Source of the DNA: a virus
Taxonomy: Duplodnaviria > Caudoviricetes
Length of the DNA stretch: 64,000 nucleotides
Virus record (IMG/VR): IMGVR_UViG_3300021431_000003
Span: 96,001-160,000 of that record
Strand: one strand, 5' to 3'
Part shown: positions 38,073 to 47,450 of the stretch, piece by piece
Position numbering within the stretch: position 1 is the stretch's first letter
Layout: each line of letters starts with the position of its first letter
Notes under the pieces: model-generated
The model's database searches: none
The model's input: the letters and a program-made list of their open reading frames with translations, nothing else
Told to the model about the DNA's origin: nothing
Program-made: the position numbers and the translations under genes

Positions 38073-39824
38073 ATGTCTGAAAATGTAACTCTGTCTGAGC
38101 TTGCTAACGGCGCTGTTCCTACTGCTACTCCCGTTGGTATGCCAGTAAAGCCAAAGCTCAACACTAAGAATGTAAAGGAAGCCAATCTTGCTGAAGCTGT
38201 ACTTCCTGGTGATGATGGTTCTGTAGAAGGTAAGGGTACTGGTAACCCAATGCTTGATGCAGCATTTGAAGGTCTTGATTCTACTATTGACAGACTTGCT
38301 GCTGAGTCTACTGAGCTTATCGAAAAAGGTAATGAAGAGAGAATTGAGCAGGCTATTGAAAACGGTGATGCCGATATTGATGATGACGATGATGTCAATG
38401 TAATCGCTGCTCAAACAATTAAGGTTAACACATTCGATGATGTACAACTTAAGCACAATAATTCTAATCTTGTAGAAGTAGTAGCACCTTCTGAAACTGT
38501 ATCTATTACTAAGCCAGTTATGGTAGAACAGGAAGTAGATGTATCTGCTCCAGTTGCTGGTACTAAGAAGGAAACTATTTCTATGGTACAGGATGCATCT
38601 GTATATGATGCTGTAGAAGATCCTAATGTCGTTAATAATACAGATGACGAAGACGACCATCTTTTTGATGGCATTGATGATGAGGATATGAAGTTCCTTG
38701 ATGATGAGGATGAATCTTCTGAAGATACAACTGAGTCTGATGAAGAGGATGATGTTAAGGCAAAGCAGGAAGCTATTAAGCAGAATATCAGACAGGAGAT
38801 TAATCATAACTTTAATCCTGTTGCTCATAAGCTTGACCTTAAGAATTTCACAATCTCTAAGAAGCCTATCAATGCTTCTAAGATTATCAATGAGATTAAG
38901 ACTAAGGCTATTGAATGCGCAGATGGTGTTCTGTGGTCTGAAAAGCGTGCAGTAAGAATGTCTGCATTTAAGCCTATGGAAATTCAGTCTCTTGACCCAC
39001 AGAGACTTCGTGGTGGTAACGCAAACTACAATAAGTTCATTGAGAATAAGCTCAAGCTTATCTATGAGCATATTGTTGATGCTAATAAGCCTAAGAACTT
39101 TGAAGCATGGGCTATGATTACACCTAATACTGTAATGGATGATTATATGTTTACTGCATATAAGGCTACATTCGGTACAGCAAACATTGTTACATTCAAT
39201 TGTAATGATGATAAATGTAATAATGTATTCATGGAAAATGTACCAGTACATTCTATGATTAAGTTTACCGATGATAAGAAGAAGGAAGAATATATGAATA
39301 TCCTTACTCAGGGTAATACAGATTCTACCTCTTCTGAATATAAAGTTGACTTGTATCAGGCTTCTGATGATTATGTATTTGGTCTCAAGATTCCGTCTCT
39401 TTATAATACTTATATTGAGCCTACTCTTGTTGACCAGAACTTCTCTTCTAAGTATGAAGATTTAATTCTTCTGTTGACTTATATTGATTCTGTATATAGA
39501 ATTGATTATAATACTCGTCAGCTTATTCCTATTGATACTAAGCCCGTAGCATCTGATAAGGCACTTACTTACAAGCGTCGTGTAAAGACATATGCTACTA
39601 TCCTTAAGTCTCTTACTTCTGACCAGCTTCAGGCACTTTCTGTAGAAACTGATAAGTATGATGCTGGTACACTCGATGACGATGGTAATCTCGTTAGAGA
39701 TATCACTTATGTATATCCTGAACGTCGTTGCCCTAAGTGTGGTAAGAAAATCGACGAGGTTGAGGTAAATCCTGATAACTTACTTTTTACCAGACATCAG
39801 CTGGGTCTTATGAAAAAGATATAA
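38073..39824 (+). CDS. Putative baseplate hub/tail assembly protein (T4 gp26-like C-terminal part, acidic N-terminus)
   Basis: Follows gp25-like gene; C.DDKC and CPKCG Zn ligands, ATFG and C-terminal LLF; AAGGAGG RBS. Confidence 0.5.
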   Translation: MSENVTLSELANGAVPTATPVGMPVKPKLNTKNVKEANLAEAVLPGDDGSVEGKGTGNPMLDAAFEGLDSTIDRLAAESTELIEKGNEERIEQAIENGDADIDDDDDVNVIAAQTIKVNTFDDVQLKHNNSNLVEVVAPSETVSITKPVMVEQEVDVSAPVAGTKKETISMVQDASVYDAVEDPNVVNNTDDEDDHLFDGIDDEDMKFLDDEDESSEDTTESDEEDDVKAKQEAIKQNIRQEINHNFNPVAHKLDLKNFTISKKPINASKIINEIKTKAIECADGVLWSEKRAVRMSAFKPMEIQSLDPQRLRGGNANYNKFIENKLKLIYEHIVDANKPKNFEAWAMITPNTVMDDYMFTAYKATFGTANIVTFNCNDDKCNNVFMENVPVHSMIKFTDDKKKEEYMNILTQGNTDSTSSEYKVDLYQASDDYVFGLKIPSLYNTYIEPTLVDQNFSSKYEDLILLLTYIDSVYRIDYNTRQLIPIDTKPVASDKALTYKRRVKTYATILKSLTSDQLQALSVETDKYDAGTLDDDGNLVRDITYVYPERRCPKCGKKIDEVEVNPDNLLFTRHQLGLMKKI

Positions 39825-40015
39825 GAAAACTTGAACAGTTAAGCACTTATTATAAAGGACGGGTATCTCTTATGGAACTATATGAGATGCCCGTTGCTAT
39901 GTGTCAAGTCTTATATATGATTGCCTTCGAAAAAATGCAAAGTGAAGAAGGCAAGAAAGAAGCTCAAGCTGATGCCGTAGAAGAAGTAATGGAAGAGGGA
40001 GGGTTAATACCATAA
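39779..40015 (+). CDS. Unannotated -1-frame ORF (frameshift extension of 38073-39824, or 47-aa gene from ATG 39872)
   Basis: Frame opens after TGA-TAA at 39773-39778 and reads ...RKLEQLSTYYKGRVSLMELYEMP...EEGGLIP*; stop overlaps next ATG (TAATG). Confidence 0.65.
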   Translation, partial: LTFYQTSAGSYEKDIRKLEQLSTYYKGRVSLMELYEMPVAMCQVLYMIAFEKMQSEEGKKEAQADAVEEVMEEGGLIP

Positions 40016-40326
40016 TGACCAATGATATCTTGAGTTTTACAAAACAAATATCTGGTATTGACCTTGTCGATTACGTTATAAACTACGTTGACCAAAATAT
40101 GATTGCATACTCATTACTCAAAGACATGAGTTTTGATATTAAAACTTGTGTTGACGGTACCTGTGTAGTATATGATATTAGCAATCTATCTGACATTGAT
40201 ATGACTACTATCAAGTCATTACCAGATAATCAAATTGTATATCTATATGGAAAAGCATATAGAGTAGAGTTTGCAATACAAGATGGTTACAACAAGCTAC
40301 TGATTACTATTATGCTTTTGAATTAA
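40015..40326 (+). CDS. Hypothetical protein
   Basis: 103-aa ORF, GGAGG RBS, followed by terminator 40330-40355. Confidence 0.65.
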   Translation: MTNDILSFTKQISGIDLVDYVINYVDQNMIAYSLLKDMSFDIKTCVDGTCVVYDISNLSDIDMTTIKSLPDNQIVYLYGKAYRVEFAIQDGYNKLLITIMLLN

Positions 40327-40329
40327 TAT

Positions 40330-40355
40330 AGATGCTAGACTTCGGTCTAGCATCT
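40330..40355 (+). terminator. Intrinsic terminator with UUCG loop
   Basis: agatgctagac-ttcg-gtctagcatct + T-rich tail. Confidence 0.85.
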
Positions 40356-40430
40356 TACTTTTTCGTTATATATTATATTAGTGATAGTATAACACTATCG
40401 TAAAATATATTTTTGAAAGGAGCATGTATA

Positions 40431-41063
40431 ATGCAAAACAAAGAACAATACAATCTGAACAACCCTATGGAAAGGGCTAGAATCATTCTTGATTCTGTAA
40501 AGAATTTCAAATGTGAGAAGGTAATTCTTATAGCACCATCATCTCTCACTTATACATTCAATAATGTCATTGAAGCATTAGAATTTGTATTTTACCATAC
40601 ACAAGAAGTAGACTACAGAGGTACATTCCTTGAAGCTTATAGCACTGAAAAACCTTGTAATATTTATATAAGGTCTGATTATGGGTCTTATATGATTAAG
40701 AAACTTTCAGACTTCGAGTATAAGTATGATCCAAACGAAGATGAAAGATTCATCAAGGATGAAAAATTTAAGATTGAACTTATGGAAAGAGAGTTTAATC
40801 AAAACTTTACAACTAAAGAGCTTGAAGACAGAATGACAAATCAAGCTCTTGCTATTCTCGATAATTCTAATATGCATACTAAGATTGAGAATAAGTTAGA
40901 GCAGTTTCTTAACCGATACTTTAATGGCCAGTGGTTATCATATACCGTAGAATCTAGAAAAATAGATGCAATTTCTACACAATATACTTTACGTGTAAAG
41001 TATAATAGTGGTAAAACAATTGAGTTAAATAAACCTCAGACATCTCTTACTAAGAAGAAGTAA
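40431..41063 (+). CDS. Hypothetical protein (early-type promoter)
   Basis: AAAGGAG RBS before ATG 40431, early motif 40369-40383, terminator 41067-41094. Confidence 0.65.
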   Translation: MQNKEQYNLNNPMERARIILDSVKNFKCEKVILIAPSSLTYTFNNVIEALEFVFYHTQEVDYRGTFLEAYSTEKPCNIYIRSDYGSYMIKKLSDFEYKYDPNEDERFIKDEKFKIELMEREFNQNFTTKELEDRMTNQALAILDNSNMHTKIENKLEQFLNRYFNGQWLSYTVESRKIDAISTQYTLRVKYNSGKTIELNKPQTSLTKKK

Positions 41064-41139
41064 AATATAAAGGGTGGTTAACTCCACCCTTTATTTCTTG
41101 TATCTTTAACATTTAAGTAATATGAAGGGAGGAGATTAT

Positions 41140-41916
41140 ATGCCAATTAATAAAATGAATCTCTTGCTTAACAAGATAGAAAGGCGTCTAGGAACAAAGC
41201 CATTAATGCTTCCTGAAGATATTTCTAAAGATAAGTGGGTAGACGAGGTAATTATTCCAGATACACTACTTACATTCAGTCGTTACTTTCCTCATATGGT
41301 AAGAATTATGGTTGATACTAACGATAAAGCTAATAAGAGGAATGGTTATTTTTTAATTAATACAGATTTACTTGGTGGCGCTGAATTGCTTGGCGTAAGA
41401 GATATTGCGTGGGATGTATATGGAAAAGAGGATGCGTTAGCACAACAATCATCTTTAGGATATTATGATTATATGTCAGCATATAATAATTACAGCATGG
41501 ATGATTGTATGCTCTTAAGCGGTAGAGCCGACATGACATCTATATTTAATAATACTATTTTTGTAGATTTTAAAGAACCTAACATGATTAGATTACAGAG
41601 TGTTACGACAGGAGATATAACAGGAGGCTTAGGTTGCATACCTTTAGATTGTTTTGTTACACATCCTGTTAATTTAATGACTATTTCACCTACTAAAATG
41701 GGTGTATTTGAAAATCTTGCTACAGCAGATGTAGCATCATTCTTAGTAGCATATTTACAACACTATGATGGACTAGAAACAGTATTTGCTGGAGTAGACC
41801 TTAAATTAAACTTCCTTGAAAGTTGGGCAGGAAGAAGAGAAGATTTTATCAATGAACTTAAGGAAGCATATGTTAGTCCAAGTAACGATAATCAGCCATT
41901 AATGTATACTGTGTAA
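41140..41916 (+). CDS. Putative virion structural protein (neck/head-tail adaptor candidate)
   Basis: LLNKIERRLG..., TLLTFSRYFP; GGAGG RBS; late promoter 41108-41119. Confidence 0.45.
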   Translation: MPINKMNLLLNKIERRLGTKPLMLPEDISKDKWVDEVIIPDTLLTFSRYFPHMVRIMVDTNDKANKRNGYFLINTDLLGGAELLGVRDIAWDVYGKEDALAQQSSLGYYDYMSAYNNYSMDDCMLLSGRADMTSIFNNTIFVDFKEPNMIRLQSVTTGDITGGLGCIPLDCFVTHPVNLMTISPTKMGVFENLATADVASFLVAYLQHYDGLETVFAGVDLKLNFLESWAGRREDFINELKEAYVSPSNDNQPLMYTV

Positions 41917-41970
41917 TTTTAATACTATTATAACTTCATGTTAATAATACTAATGAAAGGTTGTGTTATT

Positions 41971-42660
41971 ATGTATGAAGTTGGTACTACAATAGGCGAT
42001 ATGATGATTAATGGTTCTTATAGAGAACGAGGAAATCTAATGCTTCAATGCTCTTGTATGATATGTGGTAAAAATAAAAATATAAGAGCCAGAATGATTG
42101 ATAAAAGTCCTGGTATGATAAGTCACAATAGTTGCATAAGAGAAAGAAACGGATTAGCTACAAATCATAAAAGACTTCATAATATATGGGCTAGTATGAA
42201 AGGAAGGATTTATAATTCTAATAATCCAGATTATTATAATTATGGAGGAAGAGGACTCAAAACAGAATACGATAGTTTTACACATTTTTATGAAGATTTA
42301 CATGAATCATATTATAAAGCTTGTGAAGAATACGGTGAATCAAATGTGTCTATTGATAGAATAGATAACAATTTAGGATATTTTAAAAATAATGTAAGAT
42401 GGGCTACTCCATTAACACAAGCCAGAAACAGAAGAATTTTGAATAACAATTTATTTTACGCATTTTCTCCAGATGGAGAAATATATGTTAGTAATAATAA
42501 AAAATGGTTTGGTATAAATCATGGATTTAGTAATTCATCTATATGTGAAGTATTAGAAGGGAAATATTCCAATTTAAAAGGTTGGGTATTTCGCTCAGTT
42601 AATGACCCGCAACTTCTTCTCTTTACTCCTCAGAATGTGATAGAAGAGTTCTATTACTAA
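41971..42660 (+). CDS. Free-standing HNH homing endonuclease
   Basis: RLHNIWASMKGR..N.NNPDYYNYGGRG, SIDRIDNNLGY..NNVRWAT..Q.RN, C-terminal NUMOD-like domain. Confidence 0.88.
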   Translation: MYEVGTTIGDMMINGSYRERGNLMLQCSCMICGKNKNIRARMIDKSPGMISHNSCIRERNGLATNHKRLHNIWASMKGRIYNSNNPDYYNYGGRGLKTEYDSFTHFYEDLHESYYKACEEYGESNVSIDRIDNNLGYFKNNVRWATPLTQARNRRILNNNLFYAFSPDGEIYVSNNKKWFGINHGFSNSSICEVLEGKYSNLKGWVFRSVNDPQLLLFTPQNVIEEFYY

Positions 42661-42675
42661 AATTTCGTTTCATTG

Positions 42676-42716
42676 TATATTATATTTGTGATAGGACCCA
42701 ACCCTATCACAAATAT
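42676..42716 (+). promoter_or_regulatory. Early-type promoter TATATTAT-N4-GTG with overlapping 14-bp inverted repeat
   Basis: tatattatatttgtg; atatttgtgatagg-acccaac-cctatcacaaatat. Confidence 0.65.
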
Positions 42717-42737
42717 TTTATCTAGGAGGTCTTCATA

Positions 42738-43082
42738 ATGGAGAACAAAATTGCAATGTCAAACAATAACACAGGCAAGACTTACAAGGAGCTCAAGGAG
42801 TTTGGTCTCTTTGAGCTTATGCCTAATGGCTTTAACGTATATCTTGATGATGAAGATATGGTTAAAAGCGATGACTCGTACTATGCTCATTTTGAGTATA
42901 GTTTGGATGAGAGTGTATATAAGACACCCAATGGTATTACGATGACTTCAGAAGAACTCATGGAATCTACAGTCACCTTTATTGGTTCTGATCCTATGGG
43001 AGATTTTGAAGTACCTGCACTTTGGATTATCCCGAATGATGCATGGTATGAAAGACAGAAGCATATCGATAAAATGATGTAA
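42738..43082 (+). CDS. Small acidic early protein (weak Ugi-like resemblance)
   Basis: Monocistronic: early promoter 42676-42690, AGGAGG RBS, terminator 43127-43153. Confidence 0.6.
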   Translation: MENKIAMSNNNTGKTYKELKEFGLFELMPNGFNVYLDDEDMVKSDDSYYAHFEYSLDESVYKTPNGITMTSEELMESTVTFIGSDPMGDFEVPALWIIPNDAWYERQKHIDKMM

Positions 43083-43126
43083 AATACACTGTTTAAAACA
43101 GGCATTATAAGTCATCAAGAAAATAC

Positions 43127-43153
43127 GTCAGCGTACTCTATGGGTACGCTGAC
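43127..43153 (+). terminator. Intrinsic terminator
   Basis: gtcagcgtac-tctatgg-gtacgctgac followed by T-rich tract. Confidence 0.7.
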
Positions 43154-43231
43154 ATTCATTTTTCTTTATTTTTTGTTTTAACGAATAGGTAACATTGAAG
43201 TAAACCAAATAAGAAAGGAGTCGTGTTTATC

Positions 43232-43699
43232 ATGACTGTAAAAGAATTCAAAGAGATATTCAAAGGAGATATAAAATTCTTTGATTATGCAACTGGAAAA
43301 GCTATCGGTGAAGAATTTAAAACAGAGGAAAATGAACAACTACAAGAACTGGAAATCGCTAATCTAGAAATAGGAACTAGAGCTAACTCTACTGCCATTA
43401 ATCCAAAATATTCAACCTATGCGATAGTTTTTTTAGACATTGATACAAAAACACTTAAAATGAGAGAAGCTATCAGAACAATTGAAATGTCTCGATATAA
43501 TGATTGGTATGTTAGAGACATTGAAGATAATCTCTTATATACAAATAATGAATATTTTAAAGATAATAAAGTCTCTGTATATAGAGAAGATATAAAAGAT
43601 TTACCAATTAAGATTCTTAATTCTATAGTAACCAAAATCAGAACTGCTTGCGATGGTCACATTACATTTAATATTATTACTGAAGAAGAAGAGGAGTGA
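43232..43699 (+). CDS. Hypothetical protein, two tandem small domains (MTVKEF... / LKMREA...)
   Basis: AAAGGAG RBS, promoter 43191-43202. Confidence 0.6.
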   Translation: MTVKEFKEIFKGDIKFFDYATGKAIGEEFKTEENEQLQELEIANLEIGTRANSTAINPKYSTYAIVFLDIDTKTLKMREAIRTIEMSRYNDWYVRDIEDNLLYTNNEYFKDNKVSVYREDIKDLPIKILNSIVTKIRTACDGHITFNIITEEEEE

Positions 43700-43709
43700 G
43701 TTATATCTC

Positions 43710-43949
43710 ATGACTGTAAGAGAAGTATTAAGTCATTTATCTGGTTATTATTTTATCCGTAATAAGAGTAAGTATGATAAATGTATTTGTACAAATCATA
43801 AAGACTATTATCTTGATGATTGGCATTATCCTAAAGCTACAGAAGAAATCTTAAACTATTATGGAGATTATGAAGTTTGTAAGATATCGTCATCATATGA
43901 TGGATGGTCAACACCATGGATTGATTTATATATAAAGGAGGAAAACTAA
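43710..43949 (+). CDS. Small hypothetical protein (MTVREVL...)
   Basis: GAGGAG RBS. Confidence 0.6.
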   Translation: MTVREVLSHLSGYYFIRNKSKYDKCICTNHKDYYLDDWHYPKATEEILNYYGDYEVCKISSSYDGWSTPWIDLYIKEEN

Positions 43950-43950
43950 T

Positions 43951-44355
43951 ATGGAAGTGTTTACACTCAACCCTAATAGAACAGTACCACTTGTAACTAT
44001 AACAAATGAATTAGAAAAGAGAGGCGTTAATTATATTATAACTGAAGATACGTGTACTGATTTAGGTAATGATGTTGTATACGCTTCAAATCCTGAATTA
44101 CTAGATGATGAAAATGGTTTTGTTTGTAATTTTCTTTGTCCTATAGAATATATAAGAGCTTTGCAAAAAAGATGTCGAGAATATGATGTTAAAGATTGCT
44201 TTAAATCTGAGTGTATTGTTGAAAGTATTGGTAAAGTAAACAATACTAGTGTATATGCTATAAAAGCAGTTCTTCCAGAGAAACTTATTGATATTAAATA
44301 TGCAATACATGAAGAACAGTTTAAATCTTTTCTTAAATCGCTTGATAAGGAGTGA
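43951..44355 (+). CDS. Hypothetical protein
   Basis: 134-aa ORF, AAAGGAGG RBS. Confidence 0.65.
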   Translation: MEVFTLNPNRTVPLVTITNELEKRGVNYIITEDTCTDLGNDVVYASNPELLDDENGFVCNFLCPIEYIRALQKRCREYDVKDCFKSECIVESIGKVNNTSVYAIKAVLPEKLIDIKYAIHEEQFKSFLKSLDKE

Positions 44356-44363
44356 GTTATCTT

Positions 44364-44606
44364 ATGACACTGAAAGATTTTATTAAAGTATTTAACAATG
44401 AGACAAGATTTCTCATCATGGGTGGTCGTCCAGAAGACGATAATTACTCAGTACTGTTTAACAATGTAACGAATACTGACCCTGTTGATATTGATGTCTT
44501 TGATAATGAATTATTTAAAGACTATACTAATATCGTTACAGTTGAGCTTGAGTTTGACATTCAATACGATACATCGTATATATGTATTTATGTGACAAGA
44601 GATTAA
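44364..44606 (+). CDS. Small hypothetical protein (MTLKDFI...)
   Basis: AAGGAG RBS. Confidence 0.6.
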   Translation: MTLKDFIKVFNNETRFLIMGGRPEDDNYSVLFNNVTNTDPVDIDVFDNELFKDYTNIVTVELEFDIQYDTSYICIYVTRD

Positions 44607-44624
44607 TAAAGGAGGAAACTAATT

Positions 44625-45341
44625 ATGGAATTAACAGATCTCAAGGTTAAGAAGCGTGATGACTCTTATGTAGAGTTTGACAAGAGTAAGATCAGCAATG
44701 CTATCTATAAGGCTGTACTTGCATCTCATGATAATAAAGAACAGCTTGATAGATCAATTGCAGATACACTTGCTAATATGGTATGTACTTGTATCTATGA
44801 TAAAATTAATGATCCCGAACTTGATGTTTCGTCATGTGATATCATTATCTCTGTAGAATCTATTCAAGATATCGTTGAGCGTATTCTTATTAAGAACGGA
44901 TATGCTGATACTGCCAAGGCATATATCTTGTATCGCAATAAGCGTAATGAGATTCGCAACACTAGAGATAGCATTTCTAAAACAATCTCTGATATCTTAA
45001 TTAAAGATTCTAAAGATTGTGATGCTAAGCGTGAGAACGGCAATGTAAATGGTGATACACCAATGGGTACTATGCTGCAAATTGCTAGTGGAGTATCTAA
45101 AAACTTCTATATCAATAATATGATGAGTAAGGATATTGCTAAAGCTGAAACAGAAGGATACATTCATATTCACGATTTAGACTTCTATAAACTTACTGTA
45201 ACTTGTGTTCAAATGGATTGTGAGAAGTTATTTAAAGGTGGTTTTAACACAGGTAAGGGACAAATTCGTGAACCTAACAGTATTACATCGTATGCATCGT
45301 TAGCTGCTGTAGCAATTCAAGCGGAACAAAATTTTCAGCAT
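44625..45341 (+). CDS. nrdD: Anaerobic ribonucleoside-triphosphate reductase, exon 1 (ATP cone)
   Basis: VKKRD..FDKSKI..AIYKA ATP cone, RENGNV, GYIHIHDLDFY, ends ...QAEQNFQH. Confidence 0.95.
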
Positions 45342-45667
45342 AGTTTTCTGTGCCTTTAATCAGAAATGGTTAAAGCAAACGACGTGAACCTGTTTATCAG
45401 CAGGGTGTAAAAGAATCGTTAAGATTTGAGTAGTAAATGACTCATTAATTCTTTTGCTAACGGGGGATACACCAGAATCCCGTGCCAAGCTTCTTTATTT
45501 ATTATAAAGATGAAGGTTTAGAGACTATCGAAAGGATATATATCTCGCATAAGGAGATTGAAAACCGAGTAGAGTAGGGCTGAGATTGATACAGACCCAA
45601 AGTGCGTCGGGGCTGACCACTTGAAGGTGAAGCCTGTGATATAGTCCTGGTTATGTAGTGTAACCAG
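45342..45667 (+). ncRNA. Group I self-splicing intron, 326 nt, no ORF
   Basis: P1 gcatag-tttt-ctgtgc with U.G at the splice site; AACGGGG/AATCCCGTG (P4), GAGACTAT/ATATAGTC (P7), terminal G; removal restores QH|GGISIPNFD in frame. Confidence 0.93.
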
Positions 45668-47320
45668 GGTGGGATTTCTATTCCTAATTTTGATTTTGCT
45701 ATGGCTCCAGGTATTTATAAGTCATATAGAAAAGCTTGGGATAAAAATAGAAATAAACTACAGCAGTTTGTCGCAACTTATGGATTAGACTCATTTCCTG
45801 GCATTGATTATAATAAAAAAGATAATATAATTTTTAAGACATCAAGGACTCTAACAGATGATGATATAGAAACTTATTTGTTAGAAGATAATAAAATATA
45901 TGATAAGAATCATGATAAGACAGAACAAATGCTTGTTGTAATGACAAACGAAGATGTAAATCGTGAGTGTTATCAAGCTATGGAAGCATTCATTCATAAC
46001 CTTAACACTATGCACAGTAGAGGAGGCGGACAAGTGGCGTTTTCGTCCGTGAACCTGGGCTGTGCGTTATCTGAGGCAGGTAGAATGGTTACAAAGAATC
46101 TTCTTTTAAATCTTGAGGCTGGTTTAGGTAACGGTGAGACATCTATCTTTCCTATCACTATTTTCTTAGTAAAGGAAGGATTTAACTATAATCCAGAAGA
46201 TAAGAACTATGATTTATTTAAGTTAGCTTGTAGAGTAACAGGCAAACGTCTCTATCCAAATTTTTGCTTCGAAGATTCGCCATTTAACGCACAATATTAT
46301 AAAGAAGGAAGACCTGAGACTCTTGTTCAAACAATGGGTTGCCGCACGAGAGTTATGGGTAATGTATATGACCCGACAAGAGAGATTTCTCATTCTAGAG
46401 GTAACCTTTCTTTCACTACAATCAATCTTCCTATGCTTGCTATTGAAGCTAATCATGATGAAGAGAAATTCTATGAGCTTCTAGACAAGTACTTAGAGCT
46501 TGTAAAGAAGCAACTCTTAGAGAGATTTGAAATTCAGTCTCATATTAAAGTAAGAAATCTTCCTTTCCTTATGGGACAAGGTATTTGGCTTGATTCTGAA
46601 AAACTTGGGCCTGATGATGAAATTGGTGAAGTTCTTAAACATGGTTCACTCTCTATTGGTTTCATTGGTCTTGCTGAAACACTTGTTGCACTTTACGGTC
46701 ATCATCATGGTGAAGGTAAAGAGTATTGGGATAAGGGATATGCTATTGTAAAGCATATGAGAGATTATACTGATAAAGTTGCTTCTGAAACTCATCTCAA
46801 TTTCTCTGTACTTGCTACACCTGCAGAATCTTATTGTGGTACAGCATTAAGAAAGTGCAGAGCTAAGTATGGCGTAATTGAAGGTGTTACTGATAAAGAC
46901 TACTTCGTTAATTCGTGCCATATCCCGCCAGCTTTCAATATTACAGCATATGATAAGATTAGACTCGAAGCACCTTTCCATGAACTTTGCAATGCTGGTC
47001 ATATTGCATACGTAGAAGTTGATGGTGATGCTAGCAATAATCCTAAAGCTATTGAGACTATTGTAAAATGTATGCATGATAATAATATTGGATATGGTGC
47101 TATTAATCATCCTGTTGATACAGACCCAGTTTGTGGATATACAGGAATAATTAATGATACTTGTCCTAATTGTGGAAGAAAAGAAACTGAAGATAATCGT
47201 TTTGTAAGACTTAGACGTATTACTGGTTATCTTACAACAAGTCTTGAATTTTGGAATGATGCAAAGAAAGCTGAAGAACATGATCGTGTAAAGCATGGTG
47301 CTAGATTTCCCGAAGAGTAA
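45668..47320 (+). CDS. nrdD: Anaerobic ribonucleoside-triphosphate reductase, exon 2
   Basis: HNLNTMHSRGGGQV.FSS, MGCRT, RGNLSFTTINLP, ATPAES, glycyl-radical loop LRRITGYL; spliced protein 789 aa. Confidence 0.95.
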   Translation, partial: GGISIPNFDFAMAPGIYKSYRKAWDKNRNKLQQFVATYGLDSFPGIDYNKKDNIIFKTSRTLTDDDIETYLLEDNKIYDKNHDKTEQMLVVMTNEDVNRECYQAMEAFIHNLNTMHSRGGGQVAFSSVNLGCALSEAGRMVTKNLLLNLEAGLGNGETSIFPITIFLVKEGFNYNPEDKNYDLFKLACRVTGKRLYPNFCFEDSPFNAQYYKEGRPETLVQTMGCRTRVMGNVYDPTREISHSRGNLSFTTINLPMLAIEANHDEEKFYELLDKYLELVKKQLLERFEIQSHIKVRNLPFLMGQGIWLDSEKLGPDDEIGEVLKHGSLSIGFIGLAETLVALYGHHHGEGKEYWDKGYAIVKHMRDYTDKVASETHLNFSVLATPAESYCGTALRKCRAKYGVIEGVTDKDYFVNSCHIPPAFNITAYDKIRLEAPFHELCNAGHIAYVEVDGDASNNPKAIETIVKCMHDNNIGYGAINHPVDTDPVCGYTGIINDTCPNCGRKETEDNRFVRLRRITGYLTTSLEFWNDAKKAEEHDRVKHGARFPEE

Positions 47321-47450
47321 TTGAATACTAATATTGTAATCGAGTGGTGTATAAAATTACACCACTCATTACATATAGATAATGATGCGGATCGGATTTT
47401 CATATCATTGAAGAGAATCTATCAACCAAATTTCTAAGGAGAAAATTATT

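Noticed and set aside
44625-47320. nrdD as a pseudogene or two separate genes
   Set aside because: The interruption is a canonical group I intron and splicing restores the frame.
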